A DNA stretch of 64,000 nt, taken from positions 71,860,001-71,924,000 of the forward strand of contig NC_086108.1 of the NCBI RefSeq assembly GCF_963921235.1. Reading direction: 5' to 3'. This document shows positions 47,701 through 60,753 of the stretch, one piece after another (the first letter of the stretch is position 1; each line of letters starts with the position of its first letter). Made by a program: the position numbers and the translations under genes. This DNA is from Mobula hypostoma (Eukaryota). The notes under the pieces were generated by a model, which searched no databases, was not told the origin of the DNA, and was given only the letters and a program-made list of their open reading frames with translations.

Positions 47701-48370
47701 CTTGGAGGAGATGTGATTAGTATGGAGAGACAGAGCCAGCTGACTCACCTGTAAGGATGTAAGCCTTTCAGAGAAATGAGAAGAGTGAATGCAAGTCAGT
47801 TGGTTAGGTAGTTCCACGGCCTCCTGGTGACAGCAATCAATACTCAGACATGATACCAAAATGCTCATTCTAATGAGTGAAGTTAGCAGTGTGAGGAACT
47901 TAAACGACCAAACATGATGCTTATTTTCACGCCCCAGGCTATGTTCCTGTGTCTCAGGCTTATCGATGATCAAATACTCACGTGGGCATCCGTTTTGCCA
48001 CATGCATGCACCTTTATACCATGGTCACAAGGGGATAGTTATGAACCATGGCAGTCAAGATCTTGCCTTGAGGACTAATGTGCTAGCATCTGCCAGATCC
48101 CCAAAATATCTCTGGCTCTCCTGAACTGGTCCTGTGATAAAGAGGGTGATACCAGTAATGACCTTGGTAGCTTGGTAGCAGGATTGCACTAGGGAACAGC
48201 TGGAAATCACACCTATTATAAGAGCCTGAATCTCCTGAGGACCTTAGGCATGCAACAGAAAGCTCAGGTTGGCCACTGCGGACAGACTGCAGATGCCCTG
48301 TGAGGTTTTGGTGGTGGGATGGTCAAAGAGAATCTTTGATAGGGTGAGACCAAATGAGTTGGGCCTCATC

Positions 48371-48790
48371 TTAACGGAGCTGGAGGCCACAAACAGAAAG
48401 GTCAGAGTGGGAGTAGAGTAGTGGATTAAAGAAGACTAGAGGCTCGGAGTTGTTCCTGCTATTTGAACTTGAAGGCTCTGCAGAACGATCATCCAATCTG
48501 CAATTGTTTTCGCCGATGCAGAAGACCATTCTGTGCGCACCAAATGCAATCATTGCTTCACCTGGAAAAACTGTTTTAGTCCCTGGATGATGGGAAGGGG
48601 AGAGGTGAAAGGGCAGGTGTTGTTCTCCTGTGGTTGCATGGTGAAGTATCATGAGTGGGAAATGACAGGTAAGGAGAGAAGTGCGGACCAGGGAGTATCC
48701 CTTGTATATGTTGAAAGGTGTTGGTAGTAGATAGGTGGAGATAGAATATTTTTGTACCTGGAAGAAACTGAGAAGGACAATAAATTGATT
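48371..48790 (-). mobile_element. Penelope-like GIY-YIG fragment
   Basis: CIGENNCRLDDRSAE..PLVFFN..SHSDLSVCGL resembles YIGET.RRLGDRFAEH..PVA.HFNS.SHS..D.SV.GL. Confidence 0.65.
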
Positions 48791-48824
48791 GCAGAGGCTG
48801 ATGGAGTAAAGGTCCAGCAAGAAT

Positions 48825-49095
48825 TACTTCACTAACCACAATACTGAACTGTTTCCTCAAAATACAACTCCCTTTGAAGGAATCTTTACAACTTAAGTTC
48901 TCAGTAATATATTTTTAGCACAATTTATCTTTTGCTCATTGGTGGTTCGTCAATCATTATTTATATGTAGTTTTTTTCCAAATTCTATTGTATTTCTTTA
49001 CTTTCCTGTAAATGTTTAAAAAAAACCTGAATCTCAAGCTAGTATCTGGTAACATATATGTATGTTGATAATAAATTTTTCTTTGACTTTGACTT
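48825..49095 (+). mobile_element. LINE 3' tail (Rex1-like)
   Basis: Ends catatatgtatgttgataataaatttttctttgactttgacttt, similar to 58930-58980. Confidence 0.55.
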
Positions 49096-49099
49096 TATT

Positions 49100-49235
49100 C
49101 ATCAGATGAACTCTGAGGAACAGTCTCAAATCTGAACCCTGAACTGTTTCTCTTTCCACAGATGCTGACTGGCCTAGTGATTTTCCCGGCATTTTCTGTT
49201 TTATTTCAGATTGGCAGCATCAGCAATTTTCTGCT
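49100..49235 (+). mobile_element. Old Penelope-terminus-related short element
   Basis: ctgagga..ctgaac..tttccacagatgctgactggcct..gcattttctgttttatttcagatt.gcagcatc.gca parallels the right arm of the palindromic family. Confidence 0.55.
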
Positions 49236-50479
49236 GGAAGCTATGGGCTTGTAATGTGCGTTTATGGATAGCCCATCCTCTGAGATCCAGAGAAATGAAC
49301 CAAGAGTCAGAGGTGGAGTATGGGAAGGTGAGAGCAGGAGGCTCTCTCCTGGGGACGCTTGTCCTATGCCTGCACACCCCATGTGACAAGTACAGTCTTC
49401 TGCAAGGCTGACTTCCCCACTGATCTCTCATGCAGGGCTGGACTATCAAGGTGTTTTTTTTTTGCTGCCAGGTTCTCAGTTTAAGCTGTACTGTTCTGAG
49501 GGCCACTGGAAGATGTAAGGAGTCATTAGCAAGTTGTTACCTCCACAAAAGGAATTTGAACTGCAACATTTATGAACAGTTCTTTTTTTTTAATAACAAA
49601 TACTCTACTCCAAATCATTTAGGCAACCTCCCCCGTGAGTGCACAAGAGCCTCGCCCAGTCGGTGATGGAAGTAGAAGTGAGGCTGCAGCACTTATTGAT
49701 TGATTTGCCTGGTAGTTTGACTGCCCATTTGATGCCACTGTGTCATTGTCCTGCTTTCGTTGGTGAAGTCTCCTGCACATTATTTAAAATGTGAACCTTC
49801 TGTCTGTGTCACTCTAATGAGATATTAGCAAAATGAAATTGGCAACCACTTTCTCCCAAAGGTGTTACTCTCCTGTAAACTGACACACCCAGGTCAAATA
49901 CAAAAATCACTGGGTATTGGCTGATTCCTGATGCACTGTCACTTTCAGTACATTTAACCTCCAACTTGGCCAGAAACCCAGCCATGCACAGAGGTTAAAA
50001 TCCAGGCCAACTTTACTGTATGAACTGGATTTTGATTTTCAGCATTCCTGGTTGTGAAAGCCATCTAGCCAAACCTTCAATTGTAACTCAAATCATGCAT
50101 GTGCTTCCTGTTTCACATTCTGGGGCTTTTGAAATAAAGTGGATCTCAAAGCCAAAATCTTAAAGCCAGGACTGCCTGCATTGTGGATACATTCAAGCTT
50201 AAAAGGTGCATTATTTTTCTTGGAATGTACTTTTCTGACAGGTGAGTTTTATTCAATAAATCTAGGGATCAAATAACAGTAAGAGCACAGTATTATTAAG
50301 TTCTGGAAGCAAAACTGGCTTAGAAAAAACACGGCAGCAGAGAATTCTAGTGCGCTGTCTCAGTACACTTAATCCTCTGTGTTGTACAGATGGCTGAATA
50401 AACAGAACCTTCATTCTAATACACTTCCTCCAAGTGCAGCTGCATATTTCTTTTGAAGCTCCTGGGCATTTGGAAATCG

Positions 50480-53400
50480 CTGAGCATTTTTTTGATTCAG
50501 AGCGAGAAGGTTGCGGGTGAACGGCTAAGGATTTCTGGAGCGTAGGCAGTTTTACTACTCGGGGTAAGAGAGAGGCAAGACTGCACAGGTGTGTGACGTC
50601 AGCCAGTAGAGCAGGAAAAGTTTAAAAAGAAGACTGCCATATCCAGCGGGCAGCAGAATGAGAGGCTCAACGGGCTTAGGTAACGGGAAAAGATGAGGTA
50701 GGTCTACCTGTGTTAATTGCAAAAAGGAAGTAGTATGTGTGTGAGGCCAGTTTTCTGTGCTCGGTGTCAGATGTGGAAGGTCCTGGAGTCTCCCAGCCTC
50801 CCGGACGGCCATATCCGCACCAGGCGCATCGAGCTGCAGCTCCTAAGAGATTGAGTTAGGGAACTGGAGATGCAGCTCGATAACCTTTGCCTGGTCAGGG
50901 AGAGCGAGGAGGTGAGAGAAAGGGGTTATAGGCAGGTGATCACACTCAGGCCACGGGAGACAGATAAGTGGGTCACAGTCAGGGGAGGGAAGGGGAAGAG
51001 ACAGGTACTAGAGAGTACCCCTGTGGTTGCACCCCTTGACAATAAGTACTCCTGTTTGAGTACTGTTCGGGGGGGGGGGGGAGAACAGACTGCCTGGGAG
51101 AAGCGGCAATGGTCGTGCCTCTGGCGCAGAGTCTGACCATGTGGCTCAGAAGGGTAGGGAAAGGAAGAGTAAGGCAGTAGTGTTAGGGGACTCTATATTT
51201 AGGGGGTCAGACAGGCAATTCTGTGGATGCAGAAAAGAAAATCGGATGGTAGTTTGCCTCTCAGGTGCCAGGGTCTGGGATGTTTCAGATTGCGTCCAAG
51301 ATATCCTGCATTGGGAGGAAGAACAGCCAGAGGTCATGGTACTTATTGGTACCAATGACATAGGTAGGAAAAGAGAAGAGGTCCTGAAAAAAGACTTTAG
51401 GAAGTTAAGAAGGAAGTTGAGAAGCAGGACCACAAAGGTAGTCATCTCGGGATTGCTGCCTGTGCCACGCGACAGTGAGTTTAGAAATAGAATGAGTTGG
51501 GGGATAAATGCGTGGCTGAAGGATTGGAGCAGGGGGCAGGGATTCAGATTTCTGGATCATTGGGACCTCTCTTGGGGCTGGTGTGACCTGTACAAAAAGG
51601 ACGGGTTGCACTTGAGTCTCAGGGGGACAAATATCCTGGCGGGGAGGTTTGCTAAGGCTACTGGGGAGAGTTTAAACTAGAATTGTTGGGGAGTGGGAAC
51701 CGAACTGAAGAGACTGGGGTAGAGACGGTTGGTTCACAAATAGAGAACGCTTGTAGACAGTGTGTGAGGAAGGATAGGCAGGTGATAGAGAAGGGGCGCG
51801 CTCAGATGGCTGGTTTGAGATGTGTCTATTTTAACGCAAGGAGTATTGTGAACAAAGCGGATGAGCTTAGAGCGTGGATCAGTACTTGGAGCTATGATGT
51901 GGTGTCCATTACAAAGACTTGGATGGCTCAGGGGCAGGAATGGTTACTTCAAGTGCCGGGTTTTAGATGCTTCAGAAAGGACAGGGAGGGAGGCAAAAGA
52001 GGTGGGGGCGTGGCACTGTTGATCAGAGATAGTGTCACAGCTGCAGAAAAGGTGGACACCATTGAGGGACTGTCTACAGAGTCTCTGTGGGTGGAGGTTA
52101 GGAATAGGAAGGGGTCAATAACTTTACTGTGTGATTTTTATAGGCCACCCAATAGTAACAGGGATATTGAGGAGTAGATAGGGAAACAGATCCTGGAAAG
52201 GTGTAATAATAACAGAGTTGTTGTGATTGGAAAATTTAATTTCCCAAATATCGACTGGCATCTCCCTAGAGCAAGGGGTTGAGATGGGGTGGAGTTTGTT
52301 AGGTGTGTTCAGGAAGGTTTCTTGACACAATATATAGATACGCCTACTAGAGGAGAGACTGTACTTGATTTGAACCTGGTCAAGTGTGAGATCTCACAGT
52401 GCGAGAGCATTTTGGAGATAGTGATCATAATTCTGTCTCCTTTACAATAGCATTGGAGAGAGATAGGAACAAACAAGTTAGAAAAGCATTTAATTGGAGT
52501 AAGGGGAACTATGAGGCTATCAGGCAGGAAATTGGAGGTTTAAATTGGGAACAGATGTTCTCAGGGAAAAGTACGGAAGAAATGTGGCAAATGTTGAGGG
52601 GATATTTGTGTGGAGTTTTGCATAGGTACATTCCAATGAGACAGGGAAGTTATGGTAGGGTACAGGAACCGTGGTGTACAAAGGCTGTAATAAATCTAGT
52701 CAAGAAGAAAAGAAAAGCTTACAAAAGGTTTAGAGAGTTAGGTAATGTTAGGGACCTAGAAGATTATAAGGTTAACAGGAAGGAGCTTATAAAGGAGATT
52801 AGGAGAGCCAGAAAGGGCCATGAGAAGGCCTTCGCAGGCAGGATTAAGGAAAACCCCAAAGCATTCTACAAGTATTTGAAGAGCAAGAGGATAAGATGTG
52901 AAAGAATAGGACCTATCAAGTGTGACAGTGGGAAAGTGTGTATGGAACCGGAGGAAATAGCAGAGGTACTTAATGAATACTTTACTTCAATATTCACTAT
53001 GGAAAAGGATCTTGGTGATTGCATTACTGACTTGCAGCAGACTGAAAAGCTTGTGCATGTAGATATTAAGAAAGAGGATGTGTTGGAGCTTTTGGAAAGC
53101 ATCAAGTTGAATAAATTACTGGGACCAGATGGAATGAACCCCAGGCTACTGTGGGAGGCAAGGGAGTAGATTGCTGAGCCTCTGGTGATGACCTTTGAAG
53201 CAAAAATGGGGACAGGAGAGGTTCTGCAGGATAGGAGGGTTGTGGAGGTTGCTTCTTTATTCAAGAAAGGGAGTAGAAATAGTGCAGGAAATTATAGACC
53301 AGTGAGTCTGACTTCAGTGGTTGGTAAGTTGATGCAGAAGATCGTGAGAGGCAGGATTTATGAACATTTGGAGAGGTATAATATGATTAGGAATAGTCAG

Positions 53401-54670
53401 CATGACTTTGTCAAAGGCAGGTCGTGCCTTATGAACTTGATTGAATTTTTTGAGGATGTGACTAAACACATCGATGAAGGAAGAGCAGTAGATGTAGTGT
53501 ATATGGATTTCAGCAAGGCATTTGATAAGGTACCCCATGCAAGGCTTATTGAGAAAGTAAGGAAGCATGGGATCCAAGGGGACATTGCTTTGTGGATCCA
53601 AAACTGGCTTGCCCACAGAAGGCAAAAAGTGGTTGTAGATGGGTCATATTCTGCATGGAGGTTGGTAACCAGTGGTGTGCCTCAGGGATCTGTTCTGGGA
53701 CCCTTACTCTTCGTGATTTTTGTAAAAGACCTGGATGAGGAAGTGGAGGGATGGGTTAGTAAGTTTGCTGATGACACAAAGGTTGGAGGTGTTGTGGATA
53801 GTGTGGAGGGCTGTCAGAGGTTACATCAGGACACTGCTAGGATGCAAAACTGGGCTAAGAAGTGGCAGATGGAGTTCAACCCAGATAAGTGTAAAGTGGT
53901 TCATTTTGGTAGGTCAAATATGATGGCAGAATACAGTATTTATGGTAAGACTCTTGGAAGTGTGGAGGTTCAGAGGGATCTTGGAGTCATAGGACGTTCA
54001 AAGCAGCTGTGCAGGTTGACGCTGTGGTTAAGAAGGCATACGGTGTATTGGCCTTCATTAATTGTGGAATTGAATTTAGGAGCTGAGAGGTAATGTTGCA
54101 GCTATATAGGACCCTGGTTAGACCCCACTTGGAGTACTGTGCTCAGTTCTGGTCGCCTCACTACAGGAAGGATGTGGAAGCCATAGAAAGGGTGCAGAGG
54201 GGATTTACAAGGATGTTGCCTGGATTGGGGAGCGTGCCTTATGAGAACAGGTTGTGTGAACTCGGCCTTTTCTCCTTGGAGCGACGGAAGATGAGAAGTG
54301 ACCTGATAGTGGTATATAAGATGATGAGAGGCATTGATCCTGTGGATAGTCAGAGGCTTTTTCCCAGGGCTGAAATGGTTGCCGCAAGAGGACACAGATT
54401 TAAGGTGCTGGGGAGTATGTACAGAGGTTATGTCAGGGGTAAGTTTTTTACTCTGAGTGGTGAGTGTGTGGAATGGGCTGCCGGCCATGGTAGTAGAGGC
54501 GGATACGATAGGGTCTCTTAAAAGACTTTTAGATAAGTACATGGAGCTTAGAAAAATAGAGGGCTATGGGGAAGTCTAGTAATTTCTAAGGTAGGGACAT
54601 GTTCGGCACAACTTTGTGGGCCGAAGGGCCTGTATTGTGCTGTAGGTTTTCTCTGTTTCTGTGTTTCTAT
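50480..54670 (+). mobile_element. Second full-length CR1 LINE (different subfamily), decayed
   Basis: ORF1 pieces VFCARC.., VLGDSIF, IGTND and DGLHL; ORF2 pieces YFNARS, YRPP, SDH, GVPQGS and KFADD with several stops and frameshifts; tail tttctctgtttctgtgtttctat; 5' boundary approximate. Confidence 0.92.
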
Positions 54671-55282
54671 TCTCAATGGGTTTGAATTGTCACCCAAGTA
54701 CACCAATGGTACATCGAGCAGTTCAGATCAAGGCACTGCATCATAAATTGTTTGTATGACAAGACCTGAAGTTCAGAGAGTGATGTTTTTTTAATTGATT
54801 TTCTCACATATTCACATTACTTGTAATTGTTTTCATAGTAAACATCAACAGCAAAAATTGTAGGATAATTCTCCCATGTCCACTAACCTGTAATACTTTT
54901 CTTCAATGTGTTAGCAAGTGGAGGAATTAAAGTATTTTCAGTAGTGTAATAACAATAATAATAGCAATAACTAATCCATTCATCTCTTCACAATAATTGA
55001 GCAAATTTAACAGAAAATGGTACACCATGAACCATGCTATATAAGGAAGTCTGAAAGTCTGACAACATAAATGAGGTACAAATAGTTTAGCAGGATATGG
55101 ACTATCAATCTTCTAAATGTAGTGTACTAATGCAGTTAGGCTATTTTCAGAATGATTATTCAACTCAGGCATTTATATGAATCAAGTGCAAGATTTTAAA
55201 AGTGAGCGGGGCCTCTTGGGACTTATGGTGGAGCTTGAGATTGTTTGGGTTATTAGGTATGTAGCAAGGCTCAATAAAAAGA

Positions 55283-55787
55283 AGACCACAAGGCATAGGA
55301 GCAGAATAAGGCTATTTAGACTATTGAGTTTGCTTTGCCATTCCATCATGGTTGATATATTATCCCTCTTAACCCCATTCTCCTGCTTCCCCACGGAACT
55401 TTGACACCCTTACTAATCAGGAACCAATCAACTTCTGCTTTAAATATACCCAAACACTTTGGCTCCACAGCCGTCTGGGGCAATGAATTCCACAGATTCA
55501 TTGGCAAATGAAATTCCATCTCATTTCTCTTCTTAAGGGACATCTTTCTATTCTGAGGCTATGCCTTCTGGTCCTAGACTTACCCTCTATAGGAATCATC
55601 CTCACAACATCCACTTAATCTTGAACATTCAAAATTTGACAGGTTTCAATAAGATGCTCCCTCAATCTTCTAAACTCCAGCAAGTTCAAGCACTCAACCA
55701 CTCCTCATACATTAACCCTTTTATTCCTGGAATCATTCTTGTGAACAACCTCTGGAGCCTTTCCAATGCTAGCACATCCTTTCTTAG
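55283..55787 (-). mobile_element. CR1 3' end
   Basis: Tail aagaccacaaggcataggagcag; minus strand LRKDVLALERLQRLFTRMIPG. Confidence 0.88.
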
Positions 55788-56375
55788 AAAGAGGCAGCTG
55801 AAGAGATTATGGAGGCATTAGTAATGATCTTTCAAGAACACCATTTGGAATGGTTCTGGAAAATTGTAAATTCTACTCCACACTTTAAGAAGGGAAGGAG
55901 GCAGAAGAAAGGAAATCGTAGGCCAGTTAGCTTGACCTCTGTGAGTGGGAAGATGTTGGAGTCCATTATTAAGGATGAAGTTTTGGGGTATTAGGAACCA
56001 CTTGATAAAATAGGCCAAAGCCAGCATGGTTTCCTTAAGAGGAAATCTTGCCTGACAAATCTGTTAGAATGCTTTGAGGAAATAACAAGCAGGATAGACA
56101 CAGGAAAGTTTATGAATGTTGTTTACTAGGATTTACAGAAGGCCTTTAACAACGTGCTGCATGTGAGGCTATTTAACAAGATGGTATTACAGGAAAGATT
56201 CCAGCATGCATAGAAAACTGGCTATCTGGCAGGAGGCAAAGAGTGGGAATAAAAGCAGTCTTTTCTGATTTGCTGCCAGTAGATAGTGGTGCTCTGCAAG
56301 GGGCGGTGTTTGGACCACTTCTTTTCACGTTATATGTTACGTTATATGATGGAATTGATGGCTTTGTGGCCAAGC

Positions 56376-56880
56376 TAAGTCAAGTGATATCGACTGTATG
56401 CTTCACATGTTTGCTTTGACCATCAAACTATGGTCAATGTGCGAGTAGCTTTCATGAGGGTGAACCCACGAAAAGCATTCTGCCCAGATGGGGTACCTGG
56501 CCGAGTGCTAAATACCTCCGCTGATCAACTGGCTGGAGTCTTCGCTGAGATCTTTAACCTCTCATTTTGGCAGTCTGAGGTACCCATATGCTTCAAGCAG
56601 GCTTCAGTTATACTGGTGCCCAAGAAGAATGTGGTAACCTACCGCAATGACTATCGTTCAGTAGCACGTTGGTGATGAAACATACCAACTCCTGCCTGAG
56701 AAGTGATTTGCCTACCGACACAACAGTCCACAGCAGATGCCATCTCATTGGCTCTTCACACAACAGTGGAACATCTGGACAGCAAAGGTGCTTACATCAG
56801 GATGCTTCTTATTGACTAGGGATTGGCATTCAATACCATCATCCCCACAAAATTAATCAATAAGCTTCAAGACCTTGGCC
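56376..56880 (+). mobile_element. Rex1/Babar-type RT fragment
   Basis: VNPRKAFCPDGVPGRVL..ADQLAGVFAEIFNLS..SEVPICFKQA..VPKK..NDYR.VA. Confidence 0.85.
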
Positions 56881-58850
56881 TTGTAGTACTAACATGTCAT
56901 CTGAAATCTCATCCCAGGTTGTCTGGGATGCCATGAAAGCATATTTGAGGGGTCAAATAATTTCATATACTGTGAATCTGAAAAGAAAGACCTATTTAGA
57001 GTGATTAGACATGATTAGTCAAATTAAAGCAATAGACCAATTATATGCCCAGACCAAAAATCCCGAACTGTATAAGAAGCGAGTAGAAATTCAAACTAAG
57101 TTTGACCTTATTTCCATGCAGCCAGCTGAACACCAACTTCTTGAAAGTAAGAGTCGATTTTATATTCATGGTGATAAATCCGATAAGTTTTTAGTTAACC
57201 AACTAAGACGCTCTAAAGCTAAACAACAAATTACAAAAATTCAAATGGGAAATGGGAACATTACTTCGAATCATTCTGAAATTAATGATACATTTAAGAA
57301 CTATTATTCTCGACTTTATACCTCTGAATCTTTAAATGATAGTATCTCTGTTGAGCATTTTTTAAACAGTTTAAACATTCCTTCGCTCTCTTGCGACATT
57401 AAAGCAAAACTCAATGAGCCATTATCATTAGAGGAATTATCCTCTGCCATCTCTGCATTGCAGTCGGGTAAATCTCCTGGACCTGATGGGTTTTCTGCAG
57501 AATTTTATAAATCATTTTCTTCACTGCTTTCGTCTCAATTATTATTAGTTCTATCTGATTCGTTTAAACATGGTAAATTGCCAGCATCATTTAACGAGGC
57601 ATGTATCATTCTTTTAGCCAAAAGAGGTAAAAATCCAACAGAGTGTTCTTTGTATGGGCCGATTTCTTTGTTAAATGTCGGTGTTAAAATTTTGGCTAAA
57701 GTTTTGGCTCGTAGATTAGAGAACATTATATCTTCTATTATTTCTGAAGATCAAACTGGTTTTATTAAAAATCCCTTCCTTTTTTTAATATATGATGCTT
57801 ATTTAATATCTTATATTCACCCTCAACTGGGACTTCTGAATATGTTATTTTTCTTGATGCAGAGAAAACGTTTAATCGTGTGGAATGGAATTACCTTTTT
57901 GCGGTTTTAGAAAAATTTGATTTTGGATGAAGTTTTATTACATGGATTAAATTGTTATATTCATGTCCCACTGCTTCTGTTTTGACCAACTCTCAGCAAT
58001 CCCAGTCTCTTAGCCTTAAACGTGGCACCTGTCAGGATGCCCTTTAAGTCCCTTACTTTTTGATTTGGCTATAGAGCCACTGGCAATTGTGTTTTGTAGC
58101 TGTGCTGAATTAATGGGGATTTGGAGGGGAGGTGTTGAGCATAAAGTTTCACTTTATGCCGATGATCTTTAACTTTTAATATCAAACCCAACCACCTTCT
58201 TACCCCAATGTTTTCACTTCTTAATAAATTCGGTCAGCTTTCCGGTTATAAACTTAATTTACATAAGAGCGAACTCTTTTGAATTAATAGAGAAGCACAA
58301 TCATTAGTATTTCATGACCTCCCTTTTAAAGTAGTTAATAATCAATTCACTTACTTTGGTATTACAGTAACAAGGAACTTTAAGAATCTTTTTTGAGAAA
58401 ATTTTGCCAATCTTCTAAATTCTACAAAACAGAATCTGACACAGTGGTCACCCTTGTCCATGTCTCTGGTATGTTGAATTAATGTTACTAAAATGTATAT
58501 CCTTTCTAAATTTTTGTATTTATTTCAATCCTTACCAATTTTTATTTCTAAAGCTTTTTATGATGCGTTAGATTATATTATTTCGTCCTATCTGTGGAAG
58601 GGCAAACATTCCAGACTTAATAAAGCTCACCTTCAAAAATCTAAAAAGGAAGGTGGTATGGCCCTGCCTAATTTTCGTTTATATTATCGGGCAGCCAATA
58701 TTTATTGCCTTATTTTTTGGTCTTTCTTCCATAATCAGTCTGACTGCCCAAAATGGGTGGCAATAGAGTTGAACTCTACTAAGGATCTTTCAATTCCTGC
58801 ACTTCTCGGATCCGCACTTACTTGTCATTTGCCTAGACTTAATTGTTAAT
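56881..58850 (+). mobile_element. L1-clade LINE ORF2 fragment
   Basis: [62 protein letters not shown] and KKEGGMALPNFRLYY. Confidence 0.9.
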
Positions 58851-59629
58851 CCTTTCATTGATTTCATTATGGTTATTATTCTATTATGGATTTGTAGAAT
58901 ATGCATGCTAGAGGATGAATTACAGGTGTTTATATGGTGAGATATATGTACTTTGATAATAAATTTACTTTGAACATTGATCTTGGAAGTTTGCAGATGA
59001 TACGAAGGTAGGGGGAGAAACAGGTAGTGTTGAGGAAACAGAGTCTACAGAAACAGTTAGACAGAATGGGAGAATGAACAAAGAAGTAGCAGATGGAATC
59101 TAGTGTAGGGAAGTGTATGGTCATGCATCGTGTTAGAAGAAATAAAGGCATAGACTATTTTCTAAATGTGCATACTGATCTAAAAATCTCGGCACCATAG
59201 GTGTAGATAGAGTTTAAAGAGAAAGGAAAATGATTTGGAGAGAGAACTAAAAGACCAAGGGTCAAGGCAGCTGGAGAGAAGGCTGACAAAGTTGGAGCTA
59301 TCAATATTGATAGAGGTCAGATGTAGGGGAACAACAAGATCTTAGAGGACTTTTGAATGGAAGGAAATGATCAGAGTTGAAAAAAATTGCAACTGATTCA
59401 CTGATGTCTTTGACAGACTGAAACACATTATCCCTACTTGACCTGGATTTTGCCGTGTGGCCAATATTTAGTAGCCTTGCTACTTCAGTTTGTAATCATC
59501 ATCTGCATCCCATGAAAAGATACTTCTAATTCCCCAGTCTTGCATTTCTACAATAACAGGAATTCAATAGCTGATCGGACATGCACATCTAGTTTAGAAT
59601 AATGACAGCCTGGTCTACATTTACTAAAT

Positions 59630-59933
59630 AATGGCTCACGTAATGCGTTACAGTGTGATGATTTGGTGCAATACCTGCGTCTGTCTGTAAGGTGTTTGTA
59701 CATTCTCCTCATGACCACATGGGTTTCCCCTGGTGCTAAGGTTGCTTCTCACATTCCAACGAAGTACAGGCTAGTAAGGGTTAGTAAGTTGTGAGCATGC
59801 TGTGTTGGTGCTGGGAGCATGGTGACATTTGCTAGCTGCTTCAGCACATCCTCAGACTGTGTTGGTTGTTGATGCAAAATGATGCATTTCACTATATGTT
59901 TCGATGTTCATGTGGCTAATAAAGATAATCTTA
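59630..59933 (+). mobile_element. V-SINE (HE1-like), diverged
   Basis: Central V-domain-like ctgtaaggtgtttgtacattctcc..catgggtttcccctggtgct..ttctcacattcca; aataaa near the end. Confidence 0.65.
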
Positions 59934-60241
59934 AAAATCATAAAAATCTTAGCACAGAAGGAAACCATAGTGTGACAAGTCAGTTTTTGTCCTCTGAAAA
60001 AAGGCCCAGTCTTTATCCCTAACCTGCCGATCAGCATCTTCCAGTATATATCCAATTGTTGTATTAAAATCCCCCAGGATCTCCTTCCATCACCACATCA
60101 GCTAGTACATTTCAGATCAAATCATCCGTCCAAATAAAGACAAAGCTGATTTCCCCAACAGTTTGTGTATGTTGTTTCTTTTGCCAATTACGTTAAATAA
60201 TTTTAAATTATTTAAAACTCTTCTTACTAATCCATTTTTTA

Positions 60242-60321
60242 CAGGGGTTTCTAACCTGGGGTTCATGGACCCCTGGGTTAATGGGAGGGGGCCATGGCAT
60301 AAAAAAGTTCAGGAACCCCTA
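60242..60321. mobile_element. About 80-bp hAT-type MITE
   Basis: Imperfect TIRs caggggtttctaacc...gttcaggaacccct; no clear 8-bp TSD. Confidence 0.55.
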
Positions 60322-60471
60322 ATCTATCAGAATGAAACAATTACTACCTCTTAGTTTATTCACGTAGTTAATAACTCTGTAGTCCTCAACAGATCTTTAC
60401 TAAGGTTTCTCTACCTTCAAGTCAAACAATTTCAGATTCTCCAAGGTCTTCTCATCTTTGCCAGCAGCTTA

Positions 60472-60753
60472 GGGTGCCAAGGTAGCATAGTGGTTAGCCC
60501 AACACTATTACAGCTTGGGGCGTCAGAGTTCAGAGTTCAATTCAGGGTCATCTCTAAGGAGTCTGTACATCTTCCCCATGGAACACATGGGTTTCCTCTG
60601 GGTGCTCCAGTTTCCTCCCATAGTCCAAAAACGTACCAGGTAGGTGGATTGGTCATTGGAACTTGTCTCATGGTTAGGCGAGGGTTAAATCAGGGTTGTT
60701 GGGTTTTGATAGAGTGGAAGGCCCTATTCTGCACTGTGTTGCTGAATAAATAA
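60472..60753 (+). mobile_element. tRNA-derived V-SINE (HE1-like)
   Basis: A box tagcatagtgg; B box gagttcaattc; V domain tgggtttcctctgggtgctccagtttcctccca; LINE-like 3' end and aataaataa. Confidence 0.8.

Larger units (their letters stand above)
55787..59170 (+). mobile_element. CR1 RT segment in opposite orientation, interrupted between 56376 and 58986
   Basis: KEAAEEIMEAL..RPVSLTS..IDGFVAK up to 56375, resuming [15 protein letters not shown] at 58987-59170. Confidence 0.85.

Noticed and set aside
60480..60545. tRNA gene
   Set aside because: A and B boxes are present but no cloverleaf; it is the head of a V-SINE
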